Shown here in pieces: positions 1 through 30,267 of a stretch of 40,192 bases of DNA (its first letter is position 1; every line of letters starts with the position of its first letter). The notes under the pieces are model-generated. The model was not told the DNA's origin. It did not search any database and saw nothing but the letters and a program-made list of their open reading frames with translations. Source of the DNA: a bacterium. GTDB lineage: Bacteria > UBA8248. The stretch covers positions 1 to 40,192 of the forward strand of contig CBDBZY010000061.1 of NCBI GenBank assembly GCA_965213685.1, in the 5' to 3' direction. The position numbers and the translations under genes are program-made.

Positions 1-74
1 TCTTCACACACATGTATGTGCTATACCCCCCCCTCCCCCCCCTCCCCCTCCCCCCCCTCCCTCCCTCCCTCTAG

Positions 75-1292
75 GAGGTAAATACTCTGACAAAAGGAGT
101 AGAGGTGAAGGTCTCATCCTCCAGCAGTGAGGCTCTAGTGGTTGACATAGCAACGGAGGAGGACACTCCTCCAGCAGAGCAGCCGCAACAACCTCCTTCA
201 GAAGACAAGAGGGAGGCAGGGGAGGAGCGAGAGAGAGTGAAGGAGGAGGAGGAGGAGCGAGAGAGAGTGAAGGAGGAGGAAGAGGTGGAGAAGAAGACAA
301 CCCTTCCTGTTGCGGGGACCAGCCCGAGGAGGAGGAGCAGTGCAGTGCTGGAGGTGGAGCCACGGAGACAGTCTTTGAACCTTATGGTTGTCGGGGCAAC
401 TGGTGAAGACATTGTAGCTGGTGGTGATGAGAGGGAGGGAGAGGAGGAGGGGGAGGGGGAGGAGGAGGAGAGGGAGGGGGAGAAGGGGGAGGAGAGAGAA
501 GGTGATGCTGTTGGACCACTTGTGGTAGAGTTGAGTGGTGATGGAGGAAGGGAGGAGAGAGGAGGAGGGAGGGAGGTGAGGGGGGAAAAGAGGAGGAGGA
601 GGAAAAGAAGAAGGAGAAAGGGAACGAGGGAAGGGAGCAGGAGGAGAGAGGGGAAGGAGGGAGAGGGAGGAGAAGGAAGGGAAGGGGAGTGGGAGGGGAG
701 GAGGGAAGGGGAGTGGGAAGAGGGAAGGGAGAGGAGGAGAGGGGGGGTGGAGGAGGGAAGGAGGACAAGCGGGACTTACTCCGTGCCAGGTTGAAGCAGC
801 TGCTACCCGAAAGTGGGTCCAAATACTCTTGAGAAAGGACAGCCGCCCTGTGAGTGAGAGGGGAAGGCACAGACCCCCAGTGTGGGAGCATCTCAGCCGC
901 CACCAAAACCAATACCAGTTCTGAATGGAGACACGTTAACCACCCTTTCAGACCTGGCCACACCCCCTGACTACACCCCTGTGGGGACAGACACAGGTAC
1001 AGACACCTCTTCCAGTGCACCAGCCCTGACCAATGGGATTTCAGCAGTGGAGACACCTGGAAGGCTGGAGGTCACAGACAAGGATGGGTCTGTGTATGTG
1101 AGAATAGAGACAGCACCAGTGAATGGCGAGGAGGAGAAAGGACAGAGAAATGAGACTGATAGCTGGCCTGAAGGGGGAGGGAGAGGGACAGAAGGAGGAG
1201 GGTCTGTGGTTGGGAAGGGACAAGGAGGAGGAGGAGGAGGAGGAGGGCAAGGGATATCGCTAACTAATGACCTGCTGTATGATTTGGACTGA
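75..1292 (+). CDS. DNAAF2: 3' part of probable DNAAF2/kintoun (dynein axonemal assembly factor 2); partial, internal exon structure uncertain
   Basis: There is an acceptor (polypyrimidine+AG) at 74, then an acidic low-complexity ORF. The C-terminus reads DKDGSVYV...ISLTNDLLYDLD*, matching my recollection of the kintoun C-terminus (DGSVQV...NSLLYDLD). In-frame stops between about 792 and 860 require an intron (e.g. 576-896) or a sequence error. Confidence 0.6.
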
Positions 1293-1543
1293 CACAGAGG
1301 TTTGTAGCTGCTGCTGCTGATGTTGGTGGCTGTTTTCACTGTTGATTTTATCATAAGTGCGCAGTGTATAATGATCAGTATTTTATTTATGTACACGATG
1401 CTGTGATTATAGCAGCACAACTGTGACTGTTGATCCCACCCAAGTACAGCACGCAGTTCAAAGGTCATAGTTATCACGTGATTAGTCCTCACATCCATGA
1501 TCCAACCACTTCCCGTGGTCAGGGAGACCGTAAGCGCTACTTT

Positions 1544-1555
1544 CGCGCATGCGCA
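1544..1555. promoter_or_regulatory. NRF1-like palindrome CGCGCATGCGCA
   Basis: Near-consensus NRF1 site in a CpG-rich intergenic stretch; the target gene is unclear. Confidence 0.35.
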
Positions 1556-2117
1556 GTAATTCTTTGTCGTGCACTCACGCTGACTCGCTGAGCACATTGG
1601 CACAAGCATAACGCGACCTTCGCTAGTGTAGGCTGAACCCAGGATAATCTACTTTTGGTTGATGACAAGCACAGCCAACCACTGTACCTGTCTCGTAACA
1701 CTCACTGCACTAGTCGCGTTCATAGATATCCAAATCATCTCGCAGCGGAAGCATTGAGTTTCCTCCTCTGCGTCCCTTACACATTCCTAGCATAATAGCA
1801 TCATACTCCTCTGTACAGCACTATATAGGTCTTACAGTGTGTCTTGTCAACGAGATATAACTACAGAGGCTAAAGTAATATCATGGGATCGGGCATTATT
1901 TATTAATTAACCAACTGAACACCTGAGGGCTTTGGTTTCGCTAACTGTGTTTCATTAATTAATTCACACGAGTCAGTAGTATTCATAAACTAACGCGTTT
2001 AGAGCGTGGTATGCATGAGCAGGTATGTAGACTCGCATAGTTGAGTGGTATAAGTATTCATGCATAGAGACCTCCGCTCCAGTTTAATAGTTGTAGGCGT
2101 TTCGATAAGTAGCAAAC

Positions 2118-9705
<7,588 letters not shown>

Positions 9706-9986
9706 AGCCTGGCACTGAGTGTGCCTTCACTGTATATAGTGAGTGTTGTATTGCACTGAGCTGTGGGTATAAATTATAATATGTTGTCTTCTTTCAATCG
9801 CTAATACTTTTTATACAATGTCATGTCCAGTGTATCGTATGTATTGCAAGAATTTTTATACCTCACCACGCAGTGAGTGTCATGTCTATATAGCTACTGT
9901 ACCATCACACTGCGTGTGTGGCCACTTTGACATTTTATGGTCCATCAAATGTATGTCTTTTGAACATTTTACATCAGAGACACATC

Positions 9987-10158
9987 AAACAAGGCAGGGT
10001 AACACAACTACACCAACTGAGATGGCTCACTGTCTTTTCTTTTCGAAGAAAAAGTGAGGTGGGACTCAAACCATGTCACTGTACTCTCTAGACCAGTGCT
10101 CTTACCTCTGAGCTACTGAGGCAGCTCAATGGTTGCGAGTCAAAGTAGGCAGTACAAG
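9987..10158 (-). mobile_element. tRNA-derived SINE, family A copy 1
   Basis: Minus-strand A-box (tagctcag) and B-box (ggtttgagtccc). Collinear with a second copy at 26883-27066 (shared gctactgaggcagctc, aaaagtgag, ggtggga, taggca.tacaag). Confidence 0.7.
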
Positions 10159-10404
10159 AGATTACATGACAATGATTGATGAATACATGAGATTACATGA
10201 CACTGATACATGACAACGTAGTAAACTGTGTGGAGGCCAGTCTGAAGAACTGATGTGTACTTAGCTTCTTTCCAGTACTGAGATCCATGCATGAATACTA
10301 TATACATGTATAATTGGATGGCATTATGTACACCACATAAAGATTGAGCAACTGCGTCTGTGTGAAAGGAATGTATCTAGTTCTTTCTCTCAATGTAGTG
10401 TACT

Positions 10405-10560
10405 ATCACAGGACTATCCACAGCAATTAATTAGACTAAGTATCATTAGTCAAAAACGGAGAACGCATTAATTGGCACGCGGAACTTCTATTGCTTACAT
10501 AAAGAGCTCCGCTTCAGTTCCCTCTAGTGAGTCTTATAGTCTATTTTAGCAGCAGCAAGC
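10405..10560 (+). promoter_or_regulatory. Promoter block of receptor copy 2, conserved with copy 3 (17330-17453)
   Basis: Shared acaggactatccacagcaattaa, gcggaacttc and acata.agagctccgcttcagttc (TATA/Inr-like) upstream of the ATG in both copies. Confidence 0.55.
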
Positions 10561-15883
<5,323 letters not shown>

Positions 15884-16119
15884 GAGTGGATGTTTGGAGG
15901 TACTGGAGTGGCTGTACATTGAGCTGTGTGTGTGTGTGTGTGTGTGTGTGTGTCGTATTCAGTTGTTAATACATTTATTCACATCTAGTGTCTAGTTTGT
16001 GTTGCAAGCATTTTTGATATTTTTTATACCTCGCCAGGCAGTGTGTCCCAGCTGGCTATTGTATCATCAGACTGCATGTGTGGCTGTGTGCTTTTATGGT
16101 CTGTTCCTCCATAATGAAA

Positions 16120-16435
16120 TGTATGTGAAATGCAGAATAACTTGATGTACAGTAAGCAAAATGGTCAGTTCAACTTCGCCAAGTGTTCCACTAGCTAGAT
16201 ACAGGGAGCCTCCTGTGAACTAACCTTGGGGCCTCGTATGACTCACTGGACACCACACTCAACCAAGCCAACCTCGAGACACATGATGGCTTCAGTAAAG
16301 GTGCTTCTTTTAGACCACAATGGCCTTAGAAGTCAGTGACACTTGTACACACTGAAGCATTCCAGCCTCCAGCCTCCAGTGGGAGGTTAGGGGTCAAGAA
16401 TCAGTGTATGGAGCTCAGTATCAGGACATGTATGG

Positions 16436-16440
<5 letters not shown>
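16120..16440 (+). pseudogene. Orphan degenerate copy of the receptor cytoplasmic-tail exon
   Basis: Collinear with exon 9: agatacagggagcctcctgtg (RYREPPV), tatgactcactggacaccacactcaaccaagcc (YDSLDTTLNQA), ggggtcaagaat..gtgtatggagct. It has stops and indels and no clear acceptor. Confidence 0.75.
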
Positions 16441-16752
<312 letters not shown>

Positions 16753-16927
16753 ATTTAATATTTCCTATACTGACACTGCAAGGATGGCAATCCACCATTA
16801 TGCAGCCTCGTCCCCTCGAGCGAAGTCGATACGCGGACTTTTGCAAGGGGTCAAAGGTCGCGCATCCGCAGTCACTTGCAGCGTAGCTAGCTGTGCGCAC
16901 ATGTACATGTCCATCAGTGATCCACTC

Positions 16928-17094
<167 letters not shown>

Positions 17095-17453
17095 GCTAGG
17101 GCGACCTCCAGTCTCTACATACCTGTCTGGAGACCCCCTCATGATTCAATTTGAATTTGAATTTTGAATTTGAATTTGATAAGTTCAAATACAGGTTCAG
17201 AAGATGTCGATACGTTTTTGAGCTAGATGTGTACAATGTGTGCCATATAATTTATGCATGCCACACTGCAGCTGGCTATGTACGTGTTCAACTCAATGTG
17301 CCTTTGGATCAGTTTTTATATGTAATCACCGTGACAGGACTATCCACAGCAATTAACATGTCATTGAGAAACTGGCATGCGGAACTTCCATTAAAATCCA
17401 ACATATAGAGCTCCGCTTCAGTTCAGTCTTAGTCGGTTTTAACAGTAGCAAGC

Positions 17454-20400
17454 ATGTTCACTGGAGTTTTGACGGTCGAGCGAACCCTCGCTCTTGCGGC
17501 ATGCGTAGTGTTGCTTTTCAGAGCGTCTAGCGGTAAGTCAGCTTCGCAGCGTCAGACTAACGTATACATCGCACGTAATGTGTGCTCCATTGCAGTTTAC
17601 GTTTGTGCACATAGTGCTACACTGTGCATAACCAATGCAGTCCAACATCTCCTAGCTATTCTCACACACGGTTCACTCTCTCTTCATTGCATTCAGGTGC
17701 TCTGGACCTCAGGTTGCCGGGTTACGACAGCATCCCCACCGACGGGAGCGGACTAATACTCATAACGGACATCGGAACATCCCCAGACGGGCAGGACGAG
17801 GACGGGCAGGCGTTGATATGTCGTCACAACATAACCGACACGCCAGGGCTGGGGGACTGGTACTACAATGGCACAGAGGAAGCGGACGTGGTGGACGGCA
17901 CTGACCACGTCCTCGGCTGGAAGAGGAACAGGGGGCAGGCGGAGGGCGTGGTGCGGCTGAGGAGTTTCAGCGACACGCCTCAGCGAGGCGACTCCGTGGA
18001 GGGCGTGTACAGCTGTGTGGTGCAGAGAGGCGTGGACGTTGACGTGGTGTCCGTGGGACTGTACTACAATAGTGAGTTGGGTCGTTGGGACCGTGACATG
18101 ATTGTATGATGCCAGTTATACTTGGCTCAAGTATAATCAAATTTCATGCTACCATGCAGATAAAAAGTTAGATATTCTGTTAGTCTATAGTCATGGATAG
18201 TAAGCCCCACGGAACCATTCCGTGAGGCTTACTATCCATGGCCTATAGTGAATCTGTAAAGGGCACCAACCCGTTTATCTAATTTTAAGTTCTACGTTAG
18301 CTGGCTCAGGGCTACTTGTAGATTCCCATGTTCAGTAGCTTGCAGTGAGTGGAAACACATATAGCTCTATTAGGCATAATAATTATAATAAAACAACTTA
18401 ATAATTATTGGTACTAATTTTTAATGTTTTGTACCAGTAAAAAATTGTACTGCAACATCTGAAATGTGACTCTCCTTTCAGTCTCAGCCCTCGAGGTCCT
18501 GTTCCAGCTCACATCTCCGCTGACTCAGCAGTACAGTGTGACCTGCAGGTCAACCAATGGGACGGTCCTGAACAGCTCCTTCACTGACCCAGCAGAGGAG
18601 GGCCTCGGGGAGCTGAGGCCTCTGGAGCTGGAGGAGCTCATGAGAGGGAGAGACAACTACTCCATCACTGCCAACAGGACTGGAGGGACTGATGGAGACA
18701 CGTACCACTGCATGGTATGGAATGGAGTGTCCAGTCTAACAGCCAACCTCACCCTCTCAGGTAACCCTCCTTCTGCCAATCCTCTATTTTCCCTTCTACA
18801 TCCCTCCCTCCCTCACTCTCTCTCCCTCCCTCCCTCCCTCCCCCCCCCCCCCCCCCCAGTTGCCGACCCTCCCACAGGCATCACCATAGAGCAGCTCACC
18901 TCCTCCACAGTCAATGTCAGTTGGGCCAGCCCAACTGGAGGAGCCGCAGTGACTGGCTACATAGTCCACTACACAGGAGGTGGCCATACGGGCACTGTGT
19001 CCTCTGAATACAGTACCTCAGTGCTGGTCCATGGCCTGGTGCCTGATGGCCGCAACTACACCATTGCAGTGGAGGCACAGTCTGTGCATGTGTCTGGCGT
19101 GTCTGTGGCAGCCTTTATTGAGCCGTGTGAGTGGCATGCTCATCCACTGTGTGTGTTGTTATGTGAGTGTACATTGGAAATCTTCGAGGGAAATACAGAG
19201 ATTATCATGCAAGGTTATTCTATCGTTGAGAGCTCACTCTGATTAATGCAATCGATGCTCTCTTAATTTTGTGGCGGGCATAACACGAGATATGGTTAAC
19301 AGTGACTATTATAACATTGACCACATCTCATGTCCATGTGCCATTTCTCACACAGTCATGTGAACACCATATGATAGATATTATAATATTATTTATTTTT
19401 CTCTGTTACATTATTTTAATTAGTAGCTGTTTTAGTACAGTAGAATGTGAGTAACCACTGGCGCACTGATCTCATTACTGTTCTCATTCTCCCACAGGTA
19501 TTGTCCCTGAGGTCAGTGTCCTGGCTCTCAGCTCCACCTCCCTCTCCCTCTCCTGGGAGCCCCCAGAGCACTACAGTGGCACCATAGCAGGCTGGGTCCA
19601 CTACAGCCCTGTGGCAGGGGGAGATGTGGTGAGGCTGTTCGTGGAGGACAGTGCAGCGATACCGGATTTGGTGGGGCTGGATCAATTCACTAACTACTCA
19701 GTCCAGATGGCTCTGGTTGATAGCAGTAACCAGACGTGCCTGTTTGGGGATCCTGTTTTTGCCATGACAGGTGAGGGTGTGTGCATTTGTGTTGCACATG
19801 TATGCGGAATGAGAAGCAAACATGAAGGAAATAATAATTTTCAGTTGGCAAAGCTCATTACAGAATTGCATAACTAATAAACCATGACATAGCATGCGGC
19901 CGTCATTGGATTCTTTTCCCTTTCTCTTCCACACGCACACGCACGCACGCACGCACGCACACACGCATGCACGCACGTGCGCGTGTGCACACACACACAC
20001 ACAACACACACAGCTCTGGGTCCAGTACAGTCGCTGGTTTCCACAGTAACCACTGACAGCATCACCATCTCCTGGTCTCCTCCCAATGCCCCCACTGATG
20101 CTGTCCTGCAGTACAAGGTCACCTACCAGCTACTGGACTCGCCTGCTGTCACATCTTCACTGAGACCCCTTCCCTCACAATACCAGCCGCACTGGAGACA
20201 GATACAACTTCTCTGTGGAGGCCCACAGTGTGTTTGGTCCAGGAGATAGTGCCACCATCACTGCAGCCATTGACTGTGAGTCATTCATTTTGCCCTCTGT
20301 AGGGAATCAGTGGCACTGGAGGTATAGGCAGCAGACTTGGGGTGGGCCTGGAATACAAATTTTGTGTTGTGATAACAGCCTTTCCCCTCATGACAGACAC

Positions 20401-21415
20401 ACTGTTCCAGCTGCTTGTTGGTGGAGTTGGGAACTGTTCAGAGTGGATAGTAAGGCCACATGTTGACTCCCTCCTCCTGTCTCCCCTCCTCTTTCTCTCT
20501 CTTCCCTTGAGATCAATTCCTTCTCTATATACCAATTTCTCCTCCCCCTTCTCCCCCACTCCCTCTCCCTCTCTCTCTCCTTTTGCCCCCCCTCCCCTCC
20601 CCTCCCCCCTACCCACAGACCAACGGTCACACCACGAAGCTCTCTGACATAAGCGACGAGGTCACCCAGCTCCTACAGACTCAGTGCAGCTGCGTCCCTC
20701 GAGTACAGGAGGCGGAGTTCTACTGCTTCCCTGACGCTGAACAGTACGTCACCTTCCGTGGCCAACTGCACGCTCCTCTCACTGTGCGTGTGGACACACT
20801 GCTGACCCACCTGGAGGACTGGGTCAGAGGGGGGGCTTCAATTAGGGTGAGCGAGTACAAGACCATCGATGCAGACTGTGAGCCAGCCATAGCCACAGTG
20901 GAGGACATGGAGTGTGAGGCCCCTACACAGCCACCACCACCACTGCCAAGCGAGCAGACTACCGAGGATACGAAGTGTGAGTGTCCAGTGCAACCGACAC
21001 AGCCGTGTGAGGAGACACCCCAGACATCCCCCCCTCCCACCGAGGGGGTGTGTGAAGATGGAGGAATTGGAATATCTGTAGCGATACTGAGTGGGGAAGC
21101 AGTGGCTAGTTTCATTGTGGGCTTTCTTAAGGCTGTGCTGCTGATAAACTGCTGCAAGGCCATCCTACGCTGGTGAGGAATTGATGACAGATGGTTCTTT
21201 GTGTTGACATGACTATGATCTTTCTGTTTGCCTCTTCCCCTTCTCCTTTCTTCTCCCTCTCTTTTTTCCCTCCCTCCCTCCCTCCCTCCCTTCCATCTCC
21301 TCCTTCCCTCCCTTCCTTCTGTCACTCCCTCCCTCCCACCTTTGTTTGTAGCCGAAGAAAGTACAAGTACAAAAAAGGTTCCGGGACACATGTATCTAAC
21401 CCATATGCCGTTTAA
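17454..21415 (+). CDS. Receptor copy 3: same ectodomain, charged TM (Glu, Lys), ~20-aa tail; exon 6 frameshifted
   Basis: Exons 17454-17532, 17697-18071, 18482-18760, 18860-19126, 19498-19770, 20014-20275 (262 nt vs 273 in paralogs, giving a stop at 20247-20249), 20397-20449, 20619-21172, 21352-21415. TM ISVAILSGEAVASFIVGFLKAVLLINCC; tail RRKYKYKKGSGTHVSNPYAV*. Confidence 0.75.
18185..18248. mobile_element. 64-bp near-perfect palindrome inserted in intron 2 of copy 3 (MITE remnant or footprint)
   Basis: ctatag-tcatggatagtaagcc..acggaa-cca-ttccgt..ggcttactatccatg..ctatag. Copy 2 has the empty site (ttctgttagtttagtgaatctg). Confidence 0.6.
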
Positions 21416-21543
21416 TCGAGCTATGGATATGCTGTCTACACTTAATTTTTTACACAATGTCAAGTCACGTTAAGTATGTATCACAAGCAATGTTATACCT
21501 TACCATGCTGTATGAGTTACACCTAGTGAATGTATCATCACAT

Positions 21544-21580
<37 letters not shown>

Positions 21581-21836
21581 ATATTATACTCATTTTATGC
21601 TCAATTCTTCTATTATGAACTTGTTGAATATTTACATGAGATTGAGGTGAGCTGGGTGAGCACTGCTGAGCATGTACCGCTAACGTGTTTGTATTGTATT
21701 CCTGTACATGCAATGACCTAATTACGACATAATGAATAGCATATGGTAGTGTGACAATCAAGGCAGCCATCTCTATGTGGAAGGGATGTATCTAACGTCT
21801 TTTCTTATATCCGCCTCACCCTTCATCCCTCACCCC

Positions 21837-25291
<3,455 letters not shown>

Positions 25292-25750
25292 TGCTGAGGA
25301 GAGGGAGAGGGGCAAGTTGAGATGGAGGGGGATGGTAGCAGATGATGATACAGTGAGTCTAGCTATTATTCACCATGTGCAGCATAATTTTCTGCTTTTT
25401 ATTGTACGAGTAGGAATACGTATCTACCATGGTCCATTACGTTATGCCATACTTAGTCTCTTCTCGATACTGTCCTGTGGGCTGATGCAGCTGTTTTGTA
25501 TTCCGCGGGTGGCGCGATACGCGCACTCTTACGCAAGTACGCATGCGCAGGGACATCGCCATCGCGTACGTCGGGAGCCTATGCGTGCGCAGGCTGCGGG
25601 GAGGTTTGCTCGTGAAGAAATCAGTAGACGGTAAACTGACGACAGAGCGTGAAGCGGGTACTTCTCTTCATAATAAAATTTACGTTGCAGGTGCAAACAT
25701 ACACATTTTCACAAGATTCATAGACAGACTTGAGAGCACTGCCTAAGACG

Positions 25751-27454
<1,704 letters not shown>

Positions 27455-27566
27455 CTGCAAGGGCACAACGAAAGAGACGTCTATACTCCAGCCCACAGCA
27501 ATGACCGATGTGGATGGACTGTTAAGATTGTGATATATGGAACAGATACGTTGGCTATATCCTTAC

Positions 27567-27701
27567 CTTGATTTCTTCAGCGACAACGTGAGTGTCTAGA
27601 GGGAGTGTCCTTTATGCGCATGCGCATTTAACACAGCCGGTAGCAATCACGTGATCTTTACCCTTTGTCACGTGATACAACTGCTTCGACAGTAAAAACA
27701 A
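27567..27701. promoter_or_regulatory. Bidirectional promoter and non-coding first exons of RPS7 (-) and NDUFS5 (+)
   Basis: NRF1 consensus TGCGCATGCGCA at 27615-27626 and two TCACGTGA E-boxes at 27647 and 27668. A TOP-like ctccctct lies on the minus strand. Outward-facing donors at 27566 (-) and 27702 (+). Confidence 0.7.
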
Positions 27702-27954
27702 GTGAGTTCTTTGTCCCTTTCTACGAACATTATGTGCTGCGAATTGTATTGCACTGCCAATCACTTAAGCCGTAGAGCTTTCGGGTGTACGTGGATCTAT
27801 CACTGAATGCGAAGGTTGTTTCTAATTAACGAGCACCGATTATCCACCCCTAACGCGGTGCGCATCATTTTGGAGTGGGGAAAACACCAGTGACTTCTCT
27901 GTTCCTAAGCCATTCCCTCTCCCTACTGAGTTCAGTGTGTGGCCTTTCCACAGA

Positions 27955-28252
27955 ATGGTATCAGGACATGGAGTGAAGGGTGGGCGTGGCAGGTGCTACA
28001 CTCTGTGGCGAGACTTCATGGCTTGCCTGGCAAAACACGACACAGTATCCCTCAAAGTGTGTCACAACGAGAGAGAGGACTACCTGGAGTGTCTGCACCA
28101 TTCCAAATTGGTATGTGAGGAGGGAGGGAGGTGGCTTAGTTGATGGTAAAAGACATGAGATTCTCTCTCTCTCTCAGGTAAAGAGACAAGAAGCCATAAG
28201 AGCACAGAAAGCTAAACTAATAGCCGAGGGGAAATGGCCCCCTCAAAGCTGA
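27955..28252 (+). CDS. NDUFS5: NADH dehydrogenase (complex I) subunit NDUFS5-like, twin CX9C, 76 aa
   Basis: Exons 27955-28110 and 28178-28252. MVSGHGVKGGRGRCYTLWRDFMAC...CHNEREDYLECLHHSK contains two CX9C motifs and the EDYxECLH signature. Confidence 0.88.
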
Positions 28253-28828
28253 CTCTCCTCCCCCAGTGTAGCTAGCTAGTGTGTTCTGTTCCCGTACTGC
28301 CACTCAGTAGGGCCTAATCTCACAGTATGTATATTTATAATAATATTATTGTCACATGGTCACAGACTGTGGCTGTATAAACATGCACTGATGCAGTTCA
28401 ACAGTGGATATGAGTGGTCCTGCAACTCCTGCTTCCCATTACTGCATGCCCATCCATTCACAGAGAAACTAGGCCTCCAGTGATGCTCCAGTCCCTCCCC
28501 TTGCCCCTGCTATTGGTTGCTCAATTATTGTCCCCCAGCTGTATACAGTGAATAGCTCTTCATGTGGGGATATACATTAAATATTTTTTTTAAAAATTAA
28601 TTATACATGTACAGGTTATACGTCATTGTGTACAGTGTGACTCCATAACCCCAATTATACACTGCACCCATAGTAAGCTATACTGGCTATGATAATTATA
28701 GGTATGTTCCATTGCTATAAAGTTCAAATCGTATCCATAAACTCAAAATCAAAAGGGGAACCTAGTCAAAAGATCACCTCCCCACCCCTCACCCTCCACC
28801 CTCCACCCTCCACCCTCCTCCTCCTGTC

Positions 28829-30152
28829 CTAGTACACACTCTCCTGTGTGGACAGCAGTGTGGGAGGGAACTTGAGGTTGATGTACTCCTCTGGGCTCAG
28901 CTGGACTCCCTCACACAGTATCTTGTGGTCTCGGGAGCTGGAGAAGTCGTCTGGAGTGTAAGAGTTGGACGGACGGTCGTCCTTGATCAGCCCCATTCTC
29001 TGGTAGGCCGCGGCAACCAGCTCACTGCAGAAGAGGCTGCTGAGATCTTCTTCTTTGTTTTGGAAGAGAGAGAGGAAAACGTCACTGGGGTTGATGGCCG
29101 ATACAGCCAGCTGTACCATGCTTTTCTCGTACGGCCGTCCCATCCACTCCTTCCGGAGCTGCAGCATGATCTTGTAGAGCCTCTCACGATCCTCTCTGGT
29201 GAAGTTCAAGAGGCGGCGCACAGCTACCCGGTCGTACCATCCGGAGAAGATCTTGTTTCGGAGCGGAAGAACCTCGACACCTGTTTGCACATGACCCGAC
29301 TGGACATCCACCAGCTCTGTGAGGGAGAGGAGGGGAGATTTGGATGAGGGGTAGGGGTGAGGTAGCGATGGGGTGGTGCGAGGGAGGGAGGGAAGTGCGA
29401 GGGGAGGGAGGGAGTGAAGGATAAGAGAAAGATGTGATGAAGGAAAGAGAAAGGTGTGGGGAACACCAACAATGACAGGACTGGTCTGGCCACTCACTGG
29501 CGTGGTTGGTGCTGGCTTCCCATAGCAGCAGCTGGGATGTGTACTTGGCCTTCAGAACCTGACAAACAACAGATATGCGGTCACTACCAGTACAATGATG
29601 AGTAATGATTACCATGGTGACCAATTAGAGGGATTTACTTACAATTGTTAATCTACTCCCCCCTCCATCCCTCTCTCCCTCCTTCCTCCTTCCCTCCCTC
29701 CCTCCTCACCAGTGCTATGTGAGAGAATTGGGAGTGGTCGAAGAATTTTATGATGGCCCCCTGACTTGTGGCCCCTGTGAAAAATACCAGGTCCCCTGTG
29801 TCTAGACCCTTCACAGCTTCGTCATAGGACACAGTCTTGACATTGGCAGGAGGGTAGATCCCATCGCTGTTGGTGAGAGGGGAGGAGGGAGAGAGAAGGG
29901 AGAGAGAGGGAGATGAGAGAGGGTGAGGAAAGGAGAGGGAGGGAGAAGGAGGGGGAAAGGAGAGAGGAGGGAGGGAGGGAGGGAGGAGGGAGAGGAAAGG
30001 AAAGAGGGAGGGAGGAGGAGGGGGAAGGAGGGAGGAGGGAGATGTGAGTGGTGCTGTTTAGGTACACATGTATCAACACTCTCCTTATTCAGTTACTGAG
30101 TGGAAGATGTTGAGGACATGCATTGTGAGGCTACTGTCCTGGCTGCTGCCAT
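28829..30152 (-). CDS. Permuted papain-like NlpC/P60 amidase (YiiX/peptidase C92-like), intact His/Cys, ~253 aa
   Basis: Exons 30152-30097 (tentative), 29866-29710, 29558-29498, 29316-28829. Motifs TGDLVFF, FSHIAL, LLWEAS, GRPYE, LFCSELVAAAYQRMG, YTPDDF. Confidence 0.8.
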
Positions 30153-30190
30153 GCCAACCAGACACAGCTGCCCAGTACAGGCAGCCAACA

Positions 30191-30267
<77 letters not shown>

